The notes under the pieces are model-generated. The model saw only the letters and a program-made list of their open reading frames with translations, ran no database searches and was not told the origin of the DNA. Shown one piece after another: positions 40,772 through 50,884 of a stretch of 64,000 nucleotides of DNA; within the stretch, counting starts at the first letter, position 1, and the number at the start of each line of letters is the position of its first letter. The stretch lies in NCBI GenBank assembly GCA_963700635.1, contig CAVOYH010000003.1:1056001-1120000 (forward strand), in the 5' to 3' direction. A program made the translations under genes and the position numbers. This DNA comes from an uncultured Bacteroidota bacterium (GTDB lineage Bacteria > Bacteroidota > Ignavibacteria > UBA10030 > UBA6906).

Positions 40772-41993
40772 TTATTCATGCCGGAGCGCTTCGATAGGAT
40801 CCAATGCGGATGCTTTCCGAGCCGGATACCAGCCGAAAAACACTCCGATAAACGTGCAGAACAGGAAAGAAAGAAGTATGGATTTCGTGGTAATTAGCAC
40901 AGGCCAGGACATCATACTTTCAACCATGTTTGAGGCAAATACGCCCACTGCGACGCCAATAATTCCTCCCAGTACACTGAGTAAAACAGCTTCGAGAAGA
41001 AACTGTATTAGAATATCCTTGTCTTGACCGCCGATTGCTAATCGTAGACCTATCTCTCGGGTTCGTTCTGTAACGGAAACATAACATGATGTTCATGATG
41101 CCAATGCCGCCAACGATCAAAGATATTGCTGCAATGGAACCAAGCAGCACAAGCATCATTTCCGAGATTGATCCGAAGGTACTTATTAACTCTTGCTGTG
41201 TTCTGATTTCAAAATCATTTTCATCGGCATCTTTCAACTTGTGTGAAATTCTCATTGCTTTTTCTATTTGAGCACTCGCATCGTCAATTTCGTCTTCCGA
41301 TATAGCGGACATAACAATCGCGCGTAGATGCGTGTGGCGCGTTATTCGTTTCATAACTGTTGTGTATGGTGCGAGTATTAAATCATCTTGATCTTGACCA
41401 AAAGTATTATCACCCTTTTCTTCGAGTACGCCAATTACTTTAAATGGTATTTTGTTGAATCGTACAGTCTGCCCAATCGGATCAACATCATCTTCAAACA
41501 GATTATCAACTACAGTTTGTCCGAGTAAACATACTTTTGCAGCACTTTTTATCTCCTCTGAGCTATAGATTTTGCCGCGTGACACTGGATACTTTTTTAT
41601 ATAAGTATATTCTTCATTACCACTTTTAATTTGTGTCGGCCAGTTATTCGAGCCAAAAATTACTTGACCAGAACCATCAACTTCAGGGGATACAGCCCCA
41701 ATCAAATCACAGTTTTCTCTTATATAATCGGCATCAGCCACTTCGAGAGTTTGAGACATTTCTCTGCCTTGCTGAACACTGCCGCTATTTCTGCTGGCGG
41801 GCTGGACGTGAATAAGGTTTGTGCCCATTGTAGCAGTTTTCTTTTTGATGCTGGCATTTGAACCTTCTCCAATTGCAAGCATTGCAATGACAGATGCAAC
41901 TCCGATTATTATCCCCAACATTGTCAGGAACGAACGGGTTGTATTTCTCTTAATTGCTGAGAGAGCGACTTTAATTAAATTTGGCCAGTTCAT
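40772..41993 (-). pseudogene. MacB-family ABC permease, frameshifted near 41080
   Basis: RSFLTMLGIIIGVASVIAM, IAAISLIVGGIGIMNIM; C-terminal FFGWYPARKASALDPIEALRHE in another frame; AT-rich. Confidence 0.85.
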
Positions 41994-42030
41994 TTTCTAT
42001 ACATGATGTGTTCATAATGCAGATATTGTG

Positions 42031-43320
42031 CTATGTGCATCTTAATCCGGCGTAAGTGAATCCTAATCTCTCCAGTGAAGTTTCCTTTTCTTCTAATCGT
42101 TCAGTAGCTTGTTGGGCACTAGACAGGTTCCTAACTACATCATCTTTAAGCAACCTTCCATCACGGAAGACAATATGTCTCTTTGTAAACCCGGCTATGT
42201 CCGGTTCATGAGTTACAAATCCGATCGTTATTCCATTTTCATTCAATGCCTGGAATAAGCTCATAATCTCATAAGATGTTTTGGTTCCACATTGCCGGTT
42301 GCTTCATCGGCTAAAATTATCACAGGGTCATTTACTAATGAACGGGCTATCGCGACACGCTGTTGCTGTCCACCAGACATCTGATTGGAAAGATGTTTCA
42401 TTCTGTCCGCTAACCCGACAGCTTCAAGTGCATGTTCTGCTTTTTCTCTACGAAGTGTATTGCTTACGCTCGAGTTATAAAGTAATGGTAGTTCTACATT
42501 TGCCAGTGCCGTTGTTTTGGGCAAAAGATTGTACGACTGGAAAACGAACCCAATTTGTGTGTTTCGGATATTCGCAAGTTGACTTCGTGTCATTGAATTA
42601 ACATTCTTCCCATCAAGCCAATAATCACCGCTGGTTGGTTTCTCCAGACAGCCCAAAATATTAAGCACCTGAGTGATTCTACCGGAAAAGTTCTCATCCG
42701 GAAATGCATCAACCGTAAATTCAACACGTTGACCTTCTTTCACCACACCAATATCCGCTTCATCAACATTAGCTTCGACCTGCATTTCAGTAAGATCATT
42801 TGTAATAGTGAAGAGTTCGGGAGTGCTCACACTTGCAGCAACAGTTTGGCCTTCTTCAACGGCTCTATTCGTAACAATACCATCAATAGGGGCATAAATC
42901 TTTGCATAACTCAAATTTTGTTTTGCTTTATTGAGATTTGCTTTAGCCGATTTAAGAGATGCTTCACTTTTTTTGTAATTATACTTGCTCAAATCGTAAT
43001 CATTTGCGGAGATCATTTGTTTTTCAAGGAGTTGCTTGTTCCTTTCAAAGATCGATATCTGATATTCAAGCTCTGCTTCGGCATGCGAAAGATCAGCTTC
43101 GGCATTTTCTAAGTTTGATTGCAAAGTAGACTTATCAAGCTCGGCTATCATTTGCCCTTTTTTAACCCTTGAGTTAAAATCAACATAGAGCTTTTGTATC
43201 ACCCCTGATACTTGTGTTCCGACTATCACAGTGTTTGTTGCTTCTAATGTTCCTGTTGCAGTAACGGTATTACTTATCGAACCTTTCTAACTGTAACCGT
43301 CTCAAACACATAATCAATTT
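42031..43320 (-). pseudogene. MacA-like periplasmic adaptor fused by deletion to a MacB-type ABC ATPase
   Basis: VGTQVSGVI..VKKGQ..IYAPIDG..NVDEADIG..FTVDAFP..GRITQV joins [37 protein letters not shown]; Walker A and MacA N-terminus missing. Confidence 0.8.
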
Positions 43321-43339
43321 GTCCGGTTACCTTAAGCTG

Positions 43340-43840
43340 TCATTCTCCATCGGTCGTTCATGGAGCCTACCTGAGGTGGTTGAAAACCCAGGGCAAAACA
43401 AATACGTCAGAGAAATACAGGCTGGCCGTCCAAAAGGAAGAGAATGGATGGCTTGGGAACGTGAAGGAGTTGTATGATGAGAGAGCACCGGGGTTAACGT
43501 GCCTGGCCGCCCTCCAGGACAGCCGTATGGGGTCCATGGAGAAACCACTGAATGACAGCAAGGGTTGCGGTGGCGTCATGCGGATGGCCCCGGTCGGCCT
43601 CGTTGTCGAGTCCCCACCAATGGCTTTCAAGATGGGGTGTGAATTCGCGGCCCTGACACACGGTCATCCGACCGGCTATCTCGCTGCCGGATGTTTCGCT
43701 GCACTCATCTGCAGTCTGCGGGAGAGGAGGACTTTGAAAGTCGCCCTCGATAACTCCATCTCATTGTTGATGAAGATGAACAACAGCCGGGAGTGTGTAA
43801 GATTACTGACATTGGCGCAGGATCTCTCCAGGAAGGCCGC
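43340..43840 (+). pseudogene. ADP-ribosylglycohydrolase internal fragment
   Basis: VVHGAYLRWLKTQG, RAPGLTCLAAL, NDSKGCGGVMRMAPVGL, AALTHGHPTGYLAAG; both termini missing. Confidence 0.75.
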
Positions 43841-44500
43841 CCGCAGGATGGAATGGCTGCCATGACAGCTGACGCACTGGGCGGCCTTCGAATCTCCTTT
43901 CGCGTTGCGTGCACCATGAACGCTCGTGCGGTATTTGTCGAGCTGGTCTACCGCAAGCGACGGGTTAAAGGTGCGCATGAATGACGCACTCGCGTGGCAG
44001 TTGCTGCATGTCCTCACAACGTTCAGAGAAGAAACGGGGGACAACGGGCTCTTCGCACGGACAATGCCGTGGGCGTTGTGGCAGGTCACACACTGCACAG
44101 CGTGCTCCGCGCCGGCTCCCGATAACTTTCCGTGGACGCTGACCTGCAGCGCTTCCCATTGCTCAAGGGGGAGGGAGGAACCGAAACTCTTCATGCGGCC
44201 GGCATCTGAATGGCAGCGGGCGCACATCTTCGAAATCTCATCCCCCTTTGGAACGCCCACGTATCCTGCCGACTTGTCCATGGCTTCTTCCATGTCATAG
44301 TTCGTGGGATCTCCTCCATGGCATCCCGAGCAGGCAATGTTTTTTGCGAAGTGCACATCCTGCCTGAAGAGAGACGGAATTGTTCCTCCGAGCGCTTGGT
44401 GGCATGCCAGACATTTGTCGTCGGCCGTGGCGGCGCTCGAGGTGCACCATGAGAGAATCAGTACAATGAGTATAGGGCGGATCAGCCGGTCTGCGTTCAT
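43835..44500 (-). pseudogene. Multiheme cytochrome c, 3'-truncated
   Basis: Signal peptide; six CxxCH motifs (CLACH, CSGCH, CARCH, CVTCH, CSNCH, CVSCH), then runs into the antisense of the ADP-ribosylglycohydrolase fragment. Confidence 0.8.
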
Positions 44501-45565
44501 AATACCCATCCAAGGATCGTGAACACGAGTATGTAGATCACCACGCCGAGACCAATATAGTTGATCGACCTACGTGGTTCACCCACAAGTGTGTCTGCCG
44601 GGACACGGCACAAACGTCCAGAGAATTCCGGCGATACCAAACAACAACACGCCGAGTATCTCACCTTCCAGAAACAGGACGTGTGCGGGAAAGTACTTCA
44701 GGGTCTGGAACATGAAGAGGAAGTACCATTCCGGACGGATCCCGGCGGGTGCCGGCGCGAATGCATCCGCCTTTGTTCCCAGCTCCGAAGGGAAGAAGAC
44801 TGCAAGGATGGCGAGGACATTCAGCACGATGAGCCAGAGCAGAAGATCACGCAGGAGGAAATTCGGGAAGAAGGGCATGACCTTCTTGTCGGTCGATGAT
44901 GCGTGACTAGCATGGCTGGTTTTTACCCTGTCCCTGCACCAGGATCAGGTGGATAGCCAGGAAGAGGGTAAATAACCCCGGGAAGACCGCGACATGGAAT
45001 CCGAAGAAACGGGAAAGCGTGGCGCCCGTGACATCCTCTCCGCCACGGAGAAAGATCATAAGCGGTTTTCCGATCACGGGAAGAACTCCGGCAATATCTG
45101 TCCCTACCTTTGTTGCAAAAAAGGCGAGTTCATTCCAGGGGAGGAGATATCCGCTGAAGCCGAGTCCCATTCCGAGAAAGAGCAAGATCATGCCCGTCAG
45201 CCATGTGAGTTCGCGCGGCTTGCGGTATGCCTTTTCGAAGAAAACGCTGAACATATGAATAAAGGCTGCCAGAATAAAAGATTCGCCTCCAAGTGTGGAT
45301 CGAGCGGATCAGCCAACCGAATTGGACCTTCGACATGATGAATTGAATACTTTCCCAGGCCAATTGCTCGCTCCCCTTATAGTACAGGAGCAGAAGAATC
45401 CCGGTGATAACCTGGACAATAAAAAGGAAGAGACACCCCGCCAAAGTAGTACCACACGGATCCGCGGTGGACGGGAACGTATTTCTTCCCCATAAACTCG
45501 ATGATCTCCGCCAGAGGGACTCTCTCGGCGAACCCTGCATACAGCCGTTTCATCATGTTCTTCAT
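44497..45565 (-). pseudogene. Cytochrome b of a Rieske/cyt b complex, frameshifted
   Basis: [76 protein letters not shown]. Confidence 0.85.
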
Positions 45566-46023
45566 GTAGTTTTCGTTATGTGGATCTCATCACCCTGTAG
45601 GACTACACGGTACTCTTCCAGAGGTCGGGGTGGAGGGCCCGCGACGTTTCGGCCGCTGAGGTCATATTTGCCGTTATGGCATGCGCACCAGATCATCCCG
45701 ATGTCACTCTTATATTGAACCGTACAATCAAGATGTGTGCAGATCGCAGAGAAAGCCCGAAACTGGTCGGTTGGGCTCCGCACAAGGAGAACGGGTTTGT
45801 TTCCGAAACGCACGATCATGCCGCTATCTCTGGGAATGTCTGCCAGCGTGTGCCGGCCTTTACACTTGTGACCACCGCTTCGGGTTGCCGCGGCGGATTG
45901 AGGAAGGAAAAGATCGGATAGAGCAATGCGCCTGCCCAGGCGACAAGTCCGCCTCCCAGTACATACTTCAAAAAATCCCTGCTTGGTGCTCACCGTTGTG
46001 GTCGATTCGCCTCCTGCATTCAA
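45562..46023 (-). pseudogene. Rieske 2Fe-2S protein; Tat/TM anchor in another frame
   Basis: CTHLDC and [17 protein letters not shown]; alternative frame gives [30 protein letters not shown]. Confidence 0.85.
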
Positions 46024-46045
46024 GAGCGTACCCTTCCGTAATAGA

Positions 46046-47704
46046 TCAACTGTGCGGTTCTTGGCGCCCTTCCGGGGGTGTGCCCCGGGCCTTTTTCTTT
46101 GCGTACCGTAACGAGATCAGGAATAACACAGTGCCGAGGACAAGGAACGACAGGATGCGGTATGTCGGTTCAAGACTCACACTGTCCACGAACAACACAT
46201 TCCCGATGGTCAGCAGCAACGTGAGGAATGCCATCCAGCGGTATTTTCGGCTTTTCACCAGAATGCTCATGGCATAGTAGAACAGCGCCACGACGACCCA
46301 GGATATGCTCAGGTATCCCGCGGGCATTGCGTGGTAAAGCGCAAAGGGAAAGATGAAGAATGCGCAGGCAAGGTATGCATTCCGCATCATCTCGGTCTTC
46401 AACGCCAGGCGCTTTTTCTGCCAGTTGAGAATCCGGGCGCTTGAGAGTGCGACGATACCAAAACTCAGACTTACAAAATGTACGGTGTCGACGAGGATGG
46501 CGTACGAAGCGAAGAGAATCAGATAGATGATGAAATTGGCAATTACGATAAACTGCGACCGGAACCAGACTGCCGTGGAAACCACAAGCAGACTCTGCCA
46601 GGCAAGCCAGACGAAGTAGTCGGGTCGATCGAACCGGGCGATCATCGCAACGCTCATTGACATGTATCCCAGCATTGCGTAAAAGAATGTTGAATACATG
46701 CTCTCTTCTTTTTTCCAGAAGGCAATGGCAAGAGACAGGAAGAGGACTGAAGCAATGGCCTGATACAATGCAAGTGCGTCGCCACTGCGTACGGCTGTAT
46801 GCAGGAGGAACAGCCCGCCAGCGCCAAGGGTATTCACAAAACTGTTGGCGATGACCATTCCGTCTTCCTCTGCAGGGTGCTTGCGCAGGAAAATGGCGGC
46901 CGCATAGATCACGGCGTACAGCAGAAGAGGGAGCGTGTTCCACGGTAAGAAGGGGACAAGCGTGACGACGTTCCCAAGGACAGGGTCATTCAGCACCCAG
47001 AGCAGATGGGCCAGGTAGGTGAGTGCGGTGCCGAAGAAAAGCAGCGTTGGCCACTCTCGCCAGCGCGCGATGCCAACTGTCACAAGCGCCAGCATGATGG
47101 TTGCCGGAACCACAAACCAGAAATCTCCGCTGATCAACACCGTGATATAGCCGGTCAACAAACCGATCCCGACCAGAAATTGTGATCGCCTGCGAAGGGC
47201 CGTGACCATGGTGAACACGACAACAAGCGACAACACGACGAGCTCAACGGTCTTGTCGGTAATCGGAGGGTCAGGGCTGAAAAAATAGAGGCGTAATGTC
47301 GTAAAGTACAACAACACCAGGGCTCCTCCCAGCACATACCTTGATATGTCGGGTAAGGCGTTGCGCCACCGACTGGAAAGTGCCAGAGCGCCCCCCACGA
47401 GCAGGTATCCGAACAAAGCCGGCAATACGGGTGGGAGGCCGCGGTACGGAAATGTCAGAAGAAAGGCGACACCGATTGAGAGGACCATGATACCCACCCT
47501 GGGGAACCATGTCTCACCAATCCGGTTTTCCAGATCCTCCTGTCGGTGTTCCGCGTCCTGAGTGGCAGGTGCGGGCGGGGATGGTTCAGGCTGGTTCTCC
47601 ACACCGATCTTTAGCCGGGCCTCGATACCGGAGATGCGGCGTTCAAGATGGGCCAGACGTTCAACGATTTCAGTAACTGCTGTTCCTTCTGAGGTCGCGG
47701 GCAT
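46046..47704 (-). CDS. DUF2339-like polytopic membrane protein
   Basis: [14 protein letters not shown] motif; many TM helices; C-terminal [20 protein letters not shown]. Confidence 0.7.
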   Translation of the reverse strand: MPATSEGTAVTEIVERLAHLERRISGIEARLKIGVENQPEPSPPAPATQDAEHRQEDLENRIGETWFPRVGIMVLSIGVAFLLTFPYRGLPPVLPALFGYLLVGGALALSSRWRNALPDISRYVLGGALVLLYFTTLRLYFFSPDPPITDKTVELVVLSLVVVFTMVTALRRRSQFLVGIGLLTGYITVLISGDFWFVVPATIMLALVTVGIARWREWPTLLFFGTALTYLAHLLWVLNDPVLGNVVTLVPFLPWNTLPLLLYAVIYAAAIFLRKHPAEEDGMVIANSFVNTLGAGGLFLLHTAVRSGDALALYQAIASVLFLSLAIAFWKKEESMYSTFFYAMLGYMSMSVAMIARFDRPDYFVWLAWQSLLVVSTAVWFRSQFIVIANFIIYLILFASYAILVDTVHFVSLSFGIVALSSARILNWQKKRLALKTEMMRNAYLACAFFIFPFALYHAMPAGYLSISWVVVALFYYAMSILVKSRKYRWMAFLTLLLTIGNVLFVDSVSLEPTYRILSFLVLGTVLFLISLRYAKKKARGTPPEGRQEPHS

Positions 47705-47822
47705 CGGTTACCTCTGAAAGCATGGGGGGGAAGGGGAAATCTTGTGCAAGCAGACCGATTGAATAAATCTAATGAGGATAGCGGCCAAACGCAACTGTTG
47801 AAATGCTCTACACGTAACTACC

Positions 47823-48197
47823 CTAGTTGTCCTTCGCCCCCTGGTTGATCCACTCTGCAATCAACGCGAGCTCGGTCTTCGGGAGCAAGGTCAGATCGGC
47901 CGAGTCCGGAGGCATGCGGTAGTGTTCCTGATCCGTGGCGCAGAGAATATAGAGCCAGCTCTTTACATAGTCTCCCGGTATCACCAGAGGTTTCTTCCCG
48001 GGGAGGATGCGTGAACCCATCAGGGTTTCGTATGAAGTGAGCATGATTGTGCCTTCGGCCTTCTCGGTTCCGTGGCAGGAGAGACACCGTGCGTTCAGAA
48101 TCGGTTGAATCTGATCACGATAGCTGACGGGATCCGGCTCTTTCGTGCCGCAGCCGGTGAGAAGGGAGGCGAGGAACATCATCAGAAAAAGTCGCAT
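47823..48197 (-). CDS. Monoheme c-type cytochrome lipoprotein (Planctomycete cytochrome C-like)
   Basis: Lipobox LTGC; VSYRDQIQPILNARCLSCHG, RMPP, LIAEWINQGAKDN. Confidence 0.8.
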   Translation of the reverse strand: MRLFLMMFLASLLTGCGTKEPDPVSYRDQIQPILNARCLSCHGTEKAEGTIMLTSYETLMGSRILPGKKPLVIPGDYVKSWLYILCATDQEHYRMPPDSADLTLLPKTELALIAEWINQGAKDN

Positions 48198-48476
48198 GGT
48201 CAACCTCCATGGTTGAAGGGACAACAGACGACCGCAATGGGGAGATGATACTATGATGAAGATACTCCCGCGTCCATCAAATGTCAACTGCCTGCCATCA
48301 CAGAGCCCTGCCCACACGACGCGGTCGCATATGCCGTCTCGGTGCCTGAAATTTTGTCCGTGGACGTCATGGCCGTATCTTCACAGTCCACCGGGGGCCT
48401 ACCTCCTGCGGAACCTTTTGACGGTATTTGGGTTTTTAGTATACTATCTACCATCACATCTCAGAAGGAGAGCATA

Positions 48477-49373
48477 ATGAAAGCAGCGGTCTGCGTTCTG
48501 TGTCTGATGATAATCTCGGGGTTTGTGACGGCCGAGCTGTCGGCACAGGGTTCATCTGTGAAGGATTCTACCGGATTGCCGGGGGACAATTTCAGCCTGC
48601 AGGGGGCCCTGGAGATGTTCAAGAAATCCGGATCCCCGGAGGAGTTCGAAAAACTCCTCAACACCCGGGATAATCATGTGAACAACCTGGATCTGAACGG
48701 CGACGGGGATGTGGATTATGTTCGGGTGGTTGGAAAAATGGACAACGATGTGCATGTTTTTGTCCTTCAGGTGCCGGTTTCCGGGGATGAATCACAGGAC
48801 ATTGCCGCCATCGAGCTTGAGAAGGGTGGCGAGGCGCACGCAGTTCTGCAGATTGTTGGCGACGAGGACATCTATGGCGAACAGACCATCGTCGAACCGG
48901 ACGGTGGAGAGGATGAGGAAGAGGACACCGTTTCTCCCATGGAGGGAAAGGGACCGTATGCCCCGGCACCGGGTTTCGAACGAATGTCTGCGGCCAGAAT
49001 TGTGGTGAATGTGTGGCCCTGGCCTATCGTCCGGTTTGTGTACGCACCCGGTTACACGGCGTGGGTCTCCCCGTGGCGGTGGCGCGTGTATCCGACCTGG
49101 TGGCGCCCCTGGCGTCCGCTGGCCTGGCGTGTCTTCCATCCCTTCAGGGTTCGCCACCATGCAGGTTTTGCGGTCGTCCATACCCACCGGGTAGCCCGCG
49201 CACACCGGGTGTACGCACCGGCACGCGTCACATCAGTAACCGTACGCACCCGGCATCAGAATTCGGTGAATCGATACCGGGTGACAAGGACCACGACCGT
49301 AAAAACGAAAACAGGGGCGACCAAGGTGAAGACCACGCGCACGCGTACGAATGTTGGGAAAAAAAGGCGGTAG
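48477..49373 (+). CDS. Secreted hypothetical protein with EF-hand-like loop, Trp/Pro-rich region and basic tail
   Basis: Signal peptide; NNLDLNGDGDVDYVRV; LQIVGDEDIYG; VNVWPWP..YPTWWRPWRP. Confidence 0.75.
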   Translation: MKAAVCVLCLMIISGFVTAELSAQGSSVKDSTGLPGDNFSLQGALEMFKKSGSPEEFEKLLNTRDNHVNNLDLNGDGDVDYVRVVGKMDNDVHVFVLQVPVSGDESQDIAAIELEKGGEAHAVLQIVGDEDIYGEQTIVEPDGGEDEEEDTVSPMEGKGPYAPAPGFERMSAARIVVNVWPWPIVRFVYAPGYTAWVSPWRWRVYPTWWRPWRPLAWRVFHPFRVRHHAGFAVVHTHRVARAHRVYAPARVTSVTVRTRHQNSVNRYRVTRTTTVKTKTGATKVKTTRTRTNVGKKRR

Positions 49374-49511
49374 CCTCTGCAACGTTTCCGGTTCTACCGG
49401 TTCAGGGCCTGCGTATCACAGATTGCGCAGGCCCTTTCGCGTTTTCTACGCGTATTCCCTTAGGTGCAGGTCCCCCGATTCCCGCCCGCAAAAGCCTATG
49501 CTCGATTTGTC

Positions 49512-49546
49512 TTGACAATTTCATATAGGTATATATATTGATATAT
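49512..49546 (+). promoter_or_regulatory. Promoter with AT-rich dyad operator ahead of the arsR relic
   Basis: TTGACA (49512) then TATATT (49534), overlapped by an ATATA...ATATAT imperfect dyad. Confidence 0.55.
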
Positions 49547-49550
49547 AAAT

Positions 49551-49754
49551 AGGAACAAGATCTTTAAAGCTCTGGGCGATCCAACCCGCCTCGAAATCGT
49601 AAGGTTGCTGCGTAACAGGAGCCGGACTCCCTCCGAGCTCCTTGAACACTTGCACATCGCGCAACCGAACCTGTCGCACCATCTGGATATTCTGAAACGG
49701 GCGGACGATGCTGGAGCGAGAAGTCAGAGAGGCCGTCATCCAGGGGTAGTATGA
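49551..49754 (+). pseudogene. ArsR/SdpR-family repressor relic (not in the ORF track)
   Basis: (AGG)NKIFKALGDPTRLEIVRLL...IAQPNLSHHLDILKRAD; AGG where ATG is expected; C-terminus degenerate. Confidence 0.75.
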
Positions 49755-49870
49755 AGGGCCGAACAGAAAGAAGAGCAAAGGAAACCATCGACTAAATGCA
49801 CATGTCAATGTCCAGTCCTGGACATGGCGCTGGAGTACTTGGTGAAGATCAAAGAAAAGGAGTTGAGACA

Positions 49871-50871
49871 ATGACCTGGAATTTCAGGCGTGAGATCGTC
49901 CCGATGGAATGGTGCTCGTCAGGCCATCCTGGCATTTGGTATTCGGCCCGGGGTTGCCGGATGCGTGTGCCTTCGCTTTTGATCTGGACGGGAGACCTGA
50001 CGATACCATGTCGCGCACGGCCTTTCGGATCGTGATCCCAGGCGTCGTCAGTGTTTCCGAATAGCGGGGGCGGGGTGCGCTACCTTTCATCCGACCGTTC
50101 TGGAAGAAGATCCAACACGCGATCACATCCTTTTGCTCCTGCGGATTTTGTTGTGGGCTTTCTTGTCATGCTGTTTGCAACCAGCATCATCGCTGCAAAA
50201 GAAGGCAAGCGTCTCTCTCGTGGCGATGGGAGTCGGATTGGGCATTCTTCGATCGGGTCAACACTATCTGCCGAAAACTCCGCGCATGGGACCGCGTGTG
50301 CTTTCGCATCCGTCGCTACCTGGAGGCGGGTACTTCCAAGGGGGGTGGTGATCGAACGCTACGACGGAACGCTGCAGGGCGGCCTTCTGTCGGCGTTGTT
50401 TGCCAACGTGCTGCTCGATGAAGTAGATAGGGAGTTGGAGAAGCGCGGACACCGCTTCGTCCGGTATGCGGATGATTGCAACGTATACATGCAATCGCGC
50501 CGTGCGGGCGAGCGGGTCATGCGTCTGCTCCGAAAGCTCTATACGCAGGGCTAAAACTCCGCGTCAACGAGTCGAAAAGCGCGATCGATCTGGCGCGACG
50601 CCGCAAGCTCCTGGGGTACTCGTTCTGGGTGACCTCTGGACAAGTGGTAAAGCGCCGGGTGAGCAAAAAGGCAGTACAGGCGATGCAAGACCGGGTACGG
50701 GAGATCCCAGCGCAACCGGGGCCGGAGGGTGGTCCGCTCCACATCGTGGTTGCCCTCACCCTGGGGCCAACGGTGATCATAACGGGGTTCCTGTATCCTT
50801 TCCTTCTTTATCGGAAAATACAGGCCCGGGAACAGGAAAACGGCGTTGTACCATCTGAGAATAACTCGTAA
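49871..50871 (+). pseudogene. SdpI-like membrane protein relic interrupted by a reverse transcriptase fragment
   Basis: Hydrophobic fragments, HYLPKTPR (compare SdpI NYLPK) and C-terminal IITGFLYPFLLYRK; lies between arsR and a hydrolase. Confidence 0.45.
50308..50706 (+). mobile_element. Group II intron reverse transcriptase internal fragment
   Basis: IRRYLEAG, GTLQGGLLSALFANVLLDEVDRELEKRGHRFVRYADDCNVY, LKLRVNESKS, KLLGYSF; frameshifted; no intron RNA ends seen. Confidence 0.85.
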
Positions 50872-50884
50872 GAGGAGACCGACC

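Noticed and set aside
43340-43840. ADP-ribosylation toxin-antitoxin or defence locus
   Set aside because: Only an internal hydrolase fragment remains and no partner gene is visible.
50308-50706. RT as a retron, DGR or defence RT system
   Set aside because: It is an internal, frameshifted fragment with group II intron-type motifs; no ncRNA, template/variable repeat pair or effector seen.
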